DNA of 64,000 nt from NCBI GenBank assembly GCA_951406725.2, contig OX597819.1, positions 119,908,001 to 119,972,000 of the forward strand, read 5' to 3'. The position numbers and the translations under genes were made by a program. How positions within the stretch are numbered: the stretch's first letter is position 1; each line of letters opens with the position of its first letter. This document shows positions 57,852 to 64,000 of this stretch, piece after piece. The notes under the pieces are model-generated. The model searched no databases. It saw nothing but the letters and a program-made list of their open reading frames with translations, and had not been told where the DNA came from. This DNA is from Octopus vulgaris. Lineage: Eukaryota.

Positions 57852-58114
57852 TTGTAAATATAATATGTGACAATTATTCTGTAGGCATGATATATCTTCG
57901 AGCTTCGGAAGTCGGAGCGGAAAACCACTCCGGCATATCTTCAGTTATCGGGAAAATTTTGCTATGAAAATGGCCGTTAAAACAAAGGGAAATTACTGTG
58001 TGATTGACCGTTATTAAGACAAAAGGGTTATTAGAATAACCTCTAGGTAATCGGAAGGAGTAAAGGTAGGAGAGTAAAAATGTTCATAGTAATCGCGTAA
58101 GCGCACATGTCCAC

Positions 58115-58410
58115 ATATACACGGGCCTTACAGAGTGTAATTTCAAGGTCAGGTTCATTAATCACACCTTCAGCTTCAGGCACTGGGATAAAAGGAAAAG
58201 GACCAAATTATCCAGTCATATATGATCCTTAAAAGATAAAGGTGTCAGTTACAACATCCATTGGAAGATCTTAGCCAAGTGTAAGCCCTATACCAACGGC
58301 AGTGGAAAGTGCGGTCTTCGTGATATGGAAAGATGGTTCATCTAGAAAAGCAGCTTTGACCCCGCCACATGTCTAAATTCAAGAACTGAACTTTTCGGGT
58401 CATGTCCTTT
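58115..58410 (+). pseudogene. PLE GIY-YIG endonuclease C-terminal remnant (second PLE type), preceded by a probable inverted pseudo-LTR (~57849-58110)
   Basis: IYTGLTECNFKVRFINHTFSF..TKLSSHI*SLKD..IHWKIL..Y..KCGL..E..I..LNSRTELFGSC; degenerate hammerhead CTGAAGA...GAAG at 57889-57949 (-). Confidence 0.78.
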
Positions 58411-60020
58411 ATGGCTAAATATTAATTATTGCAGTAGTCTCGCAGGAGAGTTATGTAGTATAACTTATATAATATTAAAATAGTACAGACTTAGTAACAT
58501 ACTGTTATTATACGTCGGCAAACCAATGGCTGTTTTATTGCTTCGATCGCAAACGTAGAAGCATGACAATGAAATGAATGAAAAGAAATCTTTGATGAAT
58601 GTGAGTTTTTAAACATAGGACAGCTAAATGGTGCCTTCAAAACACGGCACCGAATGGATAGACACTGGGAATTATTTTGAGATGAATTATAAAGAAAATA
58701 ATTTGCATTGGTACTGGTAGAAACTTGATGCGGAAGAAAGGAAGACCATGCCTAGATATTTCCTTGTAAGAGCTTTCCATTTTCCTGCAATTGTCTTAAT
58801 TTGTTATGAACAGTTTTAAGTAACATTCTCTAGTTACATTCAGTAGTTCGTGAGTTCATATAAGATAACGCTAATCAATTTTGAAATTCCAAACTTGTAT
58901 TTTCCTATATAACATTAACATCGCTTACTCTTTTGTAATATTAGTTTCAAAATGTTGCAGTTTCACATTTCGTTTTTACTCCATCCTTTATTCTTTAAAT
59001 TAAGTATTATCAAATCTAACCGAATACATTATTAGCGATGAATTTCTATTCTAATTTACTATACTTTTATCTCCCATTCTTCAGGCATTAAGTTCGAACT
59101 TTGATACTTTATAGGCAACATAATAAAAGTAATTCCACTTTTCATTGAGATAGTAATTGTTACTCAATCTAACCGTTCTTTCGATAATTTAACGTGACTG
59201 AAATTAAAACTGACATCAAAGAATTTCGATATATGTAATCAGCAGCCTTTTCAGAGTCTTTCTTTACGAATTATTTTCACAAGAAAAGAATTCCCAATAT
59301 CTTATTACGCATTTAACTCTATGTGATCGGTACTACCAATTCCTTAACTGAAATTTCAAATTTGGTCGACACAATTCCCTTATGGTTTTAACCGCCAGAA
59401 TACTCTCTTTGTCTTCATTAAACACAAATAGTTACCAACAAATAATTACCAAAGTTCAGTGTCATTATCAGTTCGTCCTGTGGTCTCGAGCACATTGGGC
59501 AGCAAGTTGACGCCACTGGCTTTTGATGGATGAGGTTTCGTGCACTGTCACGTCTGTTACGAATGTTCTGCATCATGGAGCTTTTGATGTTTCCTTCTTT
59601 TTTCACTTTGGTAAACTCATTCTAAGAATGGGTTATTTTGGTCACGGAGCATGTGATCTGGTAGTTTTAAACCCCCCCCCTGCATGGTAATTTCGCTAAG
59701 TGGTCTTGTGTTAACTATCTTTAGAATGTTTTCATTAGTTATATGGTCTTACCAGTAAATTTATAGAATCCTGCTCAAACATCATTGGAGGAGCACTTCT
59801 AGGTTGTGTGCATTTTCACGGTGGCCTTTAATTTCTTACTGGCATACATAACTGTTGGTAGACCTATGCTATTACAGAGCCGGTGTGTGTTATTGTCTTT
59901 TCCTAACTATTTACGAAGTATGTCCCTTGTTTTACTCATTTTTAAAATTTTATTTTCCCTTCCTCTAGACTTTAATAAAACACGTTTCATATTTTTCATT
60001 TTGACTAGATATTTTACACC

Positions 60021-60097
<77 letters not shown>

Positions 60098-62906
60098 GCT
60101 AATCATGCTTCGTCTCTGCAGGTACAGGAAAACGGCTTTGGGAAAGTAATGCATAGATATACACACACGCACACTCACACACACACACACTCTCACACAC
60201 GCACACATATGTGTGTGTGCATATAATAACATTTTGACTTATCTCCACATGTTTTAATTTTTCGTAAACGTACTGGTCAGATCCATTTCATCAGATTTCA
60301 ATAGAACGTAGATTTAAATATTCCCATTTTCCTTCTGAAATTCAAGAAGAATTGTTGTGTCAACCTTTTCATCATAACGTTTGGTGTTGGTCGTTAGCTG
60401 TAAATGCAGTGTCAGCTGACAAGAAAATGTTACCACTATGTGTTCGATGTAACAGTTTTTGTTACAAAATTCACAACTTCTATGTTTGCATTGAAATATA
60501 TATAAGGATAATTTACGAAAAAAAGCAAAACATGAAGACAGGTGGTGTACAAAACAAACAGATGTATTAGTATAATGCTCAGGGATAGAAAAAGTCTTTT
60601 ACGTTTCGAACCTACGCTCTTCTACAGAAAGGGACACAGAAAAAACAAGGAGAGAAAAACAGTAGAAAAAAAAATATATATATATATATTATATTCGTTG
60701 ATTAAAATTATTTCTGTGCTCTAATTGGTGGCTTTGCGTTTATGAGGGGCTTTTCCATTCTGGTGTTAATGTAATATACACTATTGATAAGTTTGCGGTT
60801 ATCAGTGATACGTGTGTTAAATGTGTTTGTGGATTATCCTTGCATTCTCTCCCATACACTCAAAGTGTTCATATAATGTTCCTCTTCCTCAGTAAGATAT
60901 AAAACGACAGGCACGTCCATTCACTGAGATTTCTTCAAATGCTTTCAAGAAACAAACATCGCACTAGATGTAAATTTTTAAGTGTTGCGCCAATCAGCGC
61001 TGACAAACATTTGGTTGCAATGAGTATTTCATTAAACTTGAACAACATCAACGACTGGAACCATTTCGAAAATGCAGACAGAACAAAATCTTCTCTTATG
61101 TTAACCTTATTGATGTAAATAAAAGTGCAATTCATGCAAGATAATTTGTTGTATGCGTGGCAGACAAGACAAAATGCAACAAGACATTAGATCAACCCAA
61201 CGTAAAAAGGCGGTGAGCATCATCCGACCCATATAAGAAAGGAACAATCAGAAGGATTCGCAGCTATGATATATTGGTTGATAGTTTTAAATACGGTGTA
61301 TCTTAACAACCTTTTGCATCTCTGGCGAAATTGTGAATATAGACATCAAGCAAACAAGAAAGTTTGAATTTTTCAGTGATTGAGAGTTTCATTGAGGTTA
61401 ACAACTGACCACCTCAATGTTATACTATGTTTTTGAAACACTGCTCAATCAGAAAACCCTACACTTTAATCTCCATAGATAAGAGAAAAGCTTCTGAATT
61501 CAATGCAAGACAATTTAGTTAATGGCTCAGGAAACTTCAGATTAAGGCCAGCATTTTGTTACCGAAAGAAATATCATAGATAAATCTGCCAGCGATTTGA
61601 AAATCAAAAAAATAAGAGACATGTGCGTGAATAGAAAGTTTCATACAAGAGATTACATCTTTCAGTGTGAAAGAACAGTTTGGTGATTGTTATTGCTACA
61701 AGTCTTCGTCCTAATCCTGATCCTAATCCATTCAGACTTTCATTCTTGTCAGATTACTTCCTTATTCTGAACAGTGCATTTATGTGCACTTTCTAATGTC
61801 GAAGTCGACAACACACTTTCAAACGATTTTTGAAGAGACAGATGGCGAGGGTAAATTTTCTATGACGTACAATTTTAAATCTACTATATCCTAAAACTTT
61901 CAAATTATATCGAAGTGCTTGGGGTTACGTAACGATAAAACCGTGGAAAAGTTGAAAGAAACCTTCTAGAATAATAAAGATTTCCTGAAATTTAACGAAA
62001 TAGTTCAGTCTTAATGAATAACATTTTTGAGCTGATCGATGAAGGGCAAATACAAATATTCGCAGTCTCCATTCATTATTCTGAGTTGCACTGTCACAGG
62101 CAAACTTGAATTTTCACCGGAAGATTTGAATATAAATTTGTTTCATTGTATCAGAGTTTATCTATTGAAGGATGCGTGAGTTAGAACAGCAACATATCCA
62201 ACATAAGTCTGAAAATCTTAGGCTTTGGAATTACCCTAAAGCCACTAAGATTACAAAAAATTATTCCTACTGAATTTCATAATATCAATATCATCGACTT
62301 AAGATCAGTGAATAGGTTAGAGAGAATAAACTTGAAGGGCAGCAGCGATGCGGCAAGACGCAGAGTGTTGTCGTTTTGTTTCTGTGCATGATATTTGCCA
62401 ACCACACCCTGTTTGAATATGGAGGACACGTGTCAATGCATGCAACATTAAATGAATTCTTCAAAAACAACCTATGTGTGAGAACGATCCACATCGAATA
62501 CCTTCATCCAAAGACAGCATCTTCAAAACCAGTTCACACTGCTTATTTTTATTCAAATTAATATCGTGTAGGCCTGTTTACTGAGATTAAATTTAATCAC
62601 TTTGAAGTGTTTAGTAATTTTATAAAAGCATTAGATATTCATTAAAGCTGTTTTCTAATTTCACTTGGCTTTGGATCACACTGAGTAACACCAAATTATT
62701 AATTCCAAGGTGTGACACTGAATCACTGGATCTTCAGTCATTTGATGATATTTATCGCCTCGCTTTTATGTGCAAGTCACTGTTAAAACAGACTATTAGG
62801 AATGTATGTGGGTTCATGCTAATTGTATAATCTTCCCAGTTGGTGAAGCATTTTCAGGAACGAGTTAAGAGTATTAAATGGCGTAATGGTTTATTACTGT
62901 ATAAAT

Positions 62907-62985
62907 ACAGGAGTTGAAAAAAATAATGGAAACACCTAACATCGTAGCATCATAATTTTGAAATATCTATAAAATTGTCAAAACC
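62907..62985 (+). mobile_element. Possible orphan Tc1-like terminal repeat
   Basis: TA-CAGGAGTTGAAAAAAATAATGGAAACACC resembles Tc1 ends; no partner found. Confidence 0.35.
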
Positions 62986-63243
62986 TTGTTTATTTTTATG
63001 CGTTTTGTTTTTATTTATTTTTTGTGTCTCTTAATATGTTTTGCTACAATTGCTTTTCCTTTGCTGCCGATCCGTTCGTTCGCCCTCTCCCAATCGAACG
63101 TTCGCTTTCCGCCCGCGCCTGGGCAGGGTTTTGTTTTTTCTTTTCGTTTCCACTTTCTCGCGCCTCCTTCCTCGCATCCGACCCCCGGCCTCGTCTTCGT
63201 TTTCTCTTCGCAGCCGAGGACCCAGTCAGTCGCGTACCCATCG

Positions 63244-64000
63244 CAGCCCCCTCCTTTGCCAACCTAGTCATGGGATATCTAGAAATCAGTCTGTATCGTA
63301 AGGTTCTAGAAAGATATGGCAGCCCTTTCTCCCTCTACATAGAAAACAACTGGAAGAGATACCTAGATGACTGTTTCATTCTTTGGCATGAAAATATAGA
63401 GAAACTCAAAGAATTCCACGCAATTTTAAATGGACTGGACGTAAACATCCAATTCACGATGGAATATAGCCAGCAACAACCCCCCTTCCTCGACATCCTC
63501 ATTAAGAAATCTAATAACGTAATAAAAACAGATATATACTACGGATTCCAAGCAATATCTACCATTCAATTCATGCCACCCCAGACACACCAGAATGATT
63601 ATCCCCTTCAATCTAGCAAAAAGGATATGTACTATAGTTTCTAATGCAAACACCAGAGACACACGACTGCATGAACTAAAAGATACACTCATCACCAGGA
63701 ACTACCCACCTTCACTAATTGGCATATGCATTCAACGTGCCCTTCAACTCAACATCCAGGAACTCAAACATCTCAAATTAAAGAAAAATTTACAACCAAA
63801 AGCCTTACCATACATCTCCACACACAACCCTCTCAACAAGGAAGCCTTCGACACCATCCTCCAAAACATATCCCTGCTATAAAAGGACCACTGAATGAAC
63901 TTAATCCCCCAAACACACACGATCATAAAAAGCAAGAGACAGCCCAAATCAATGAAAAGTCTCGTAACACAAGCCCGAATACGCTCTTCAACACTGAAGC
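63244..64000 (+). pseudogene. Penelope-like element reverse transcriptase C-terminal half, running off the window
   Basis: APSFANLVMGYLE, WKRYLDDCFILW, IQFTME, PFLDILI, TDIY; after a frameshift YLPFNSCHPRH..IPFNLAKRICTIVS..L..RNYP. Confidence 0.9.

Noticed and set aside
58420-62900. Host gene exons in the lower-repeat regions (also ~30700-32300, ~47200-48400)
   Set aside because: No ORF with recognisable motifs or convincing splice-bounded exon by eye; small exons cannot be excluded without RNA-seq

Overview
AT-rich, microsatellite-saturated eukaryotic DNA with no recognisable host protein-coding exon; almost all ORF-track hits are simple-repeat translations. The repeat repertoire looks cephalopod (Octopus-like), which is my inference. 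Contents: (i) about a dozen truncated R4/Dong-like non-LTR retrotransposons with a restriction-like endonuclease, sitting in (TAA)n tracts; (ii) three SINE families; (iii) decayed Tc1/mariner, CR1-type and RTE-type elements; (iv) three Penelope-like element (PLE) fragments (RT and GIY-YIG). The main find is at least six non-coding elements of dissimilar sequence, each inserted in or abutting (TA)n-type tracts and each carrying a type I hammerhead ribozyme read directly from the sequence. Four show tandem units (about 362, 363, 601 and 644 bp) and four have inverted arms, so they are candidate retrozyme / circular-RNA families. Several hammerheads are atypical (U3:A8 cores, A.A at the base of stem II, large stem II insertions). 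In two elements a boundary falls at the predicted self-cleavage site. Four families share a hairpin + UUGRCUGNUAUUUCYA motif 75-125 nt downstream of the cleavage site and 40-50 nt from an insertion end. All calls were made by eye; boundaries are approximate and no folding or database search was run.
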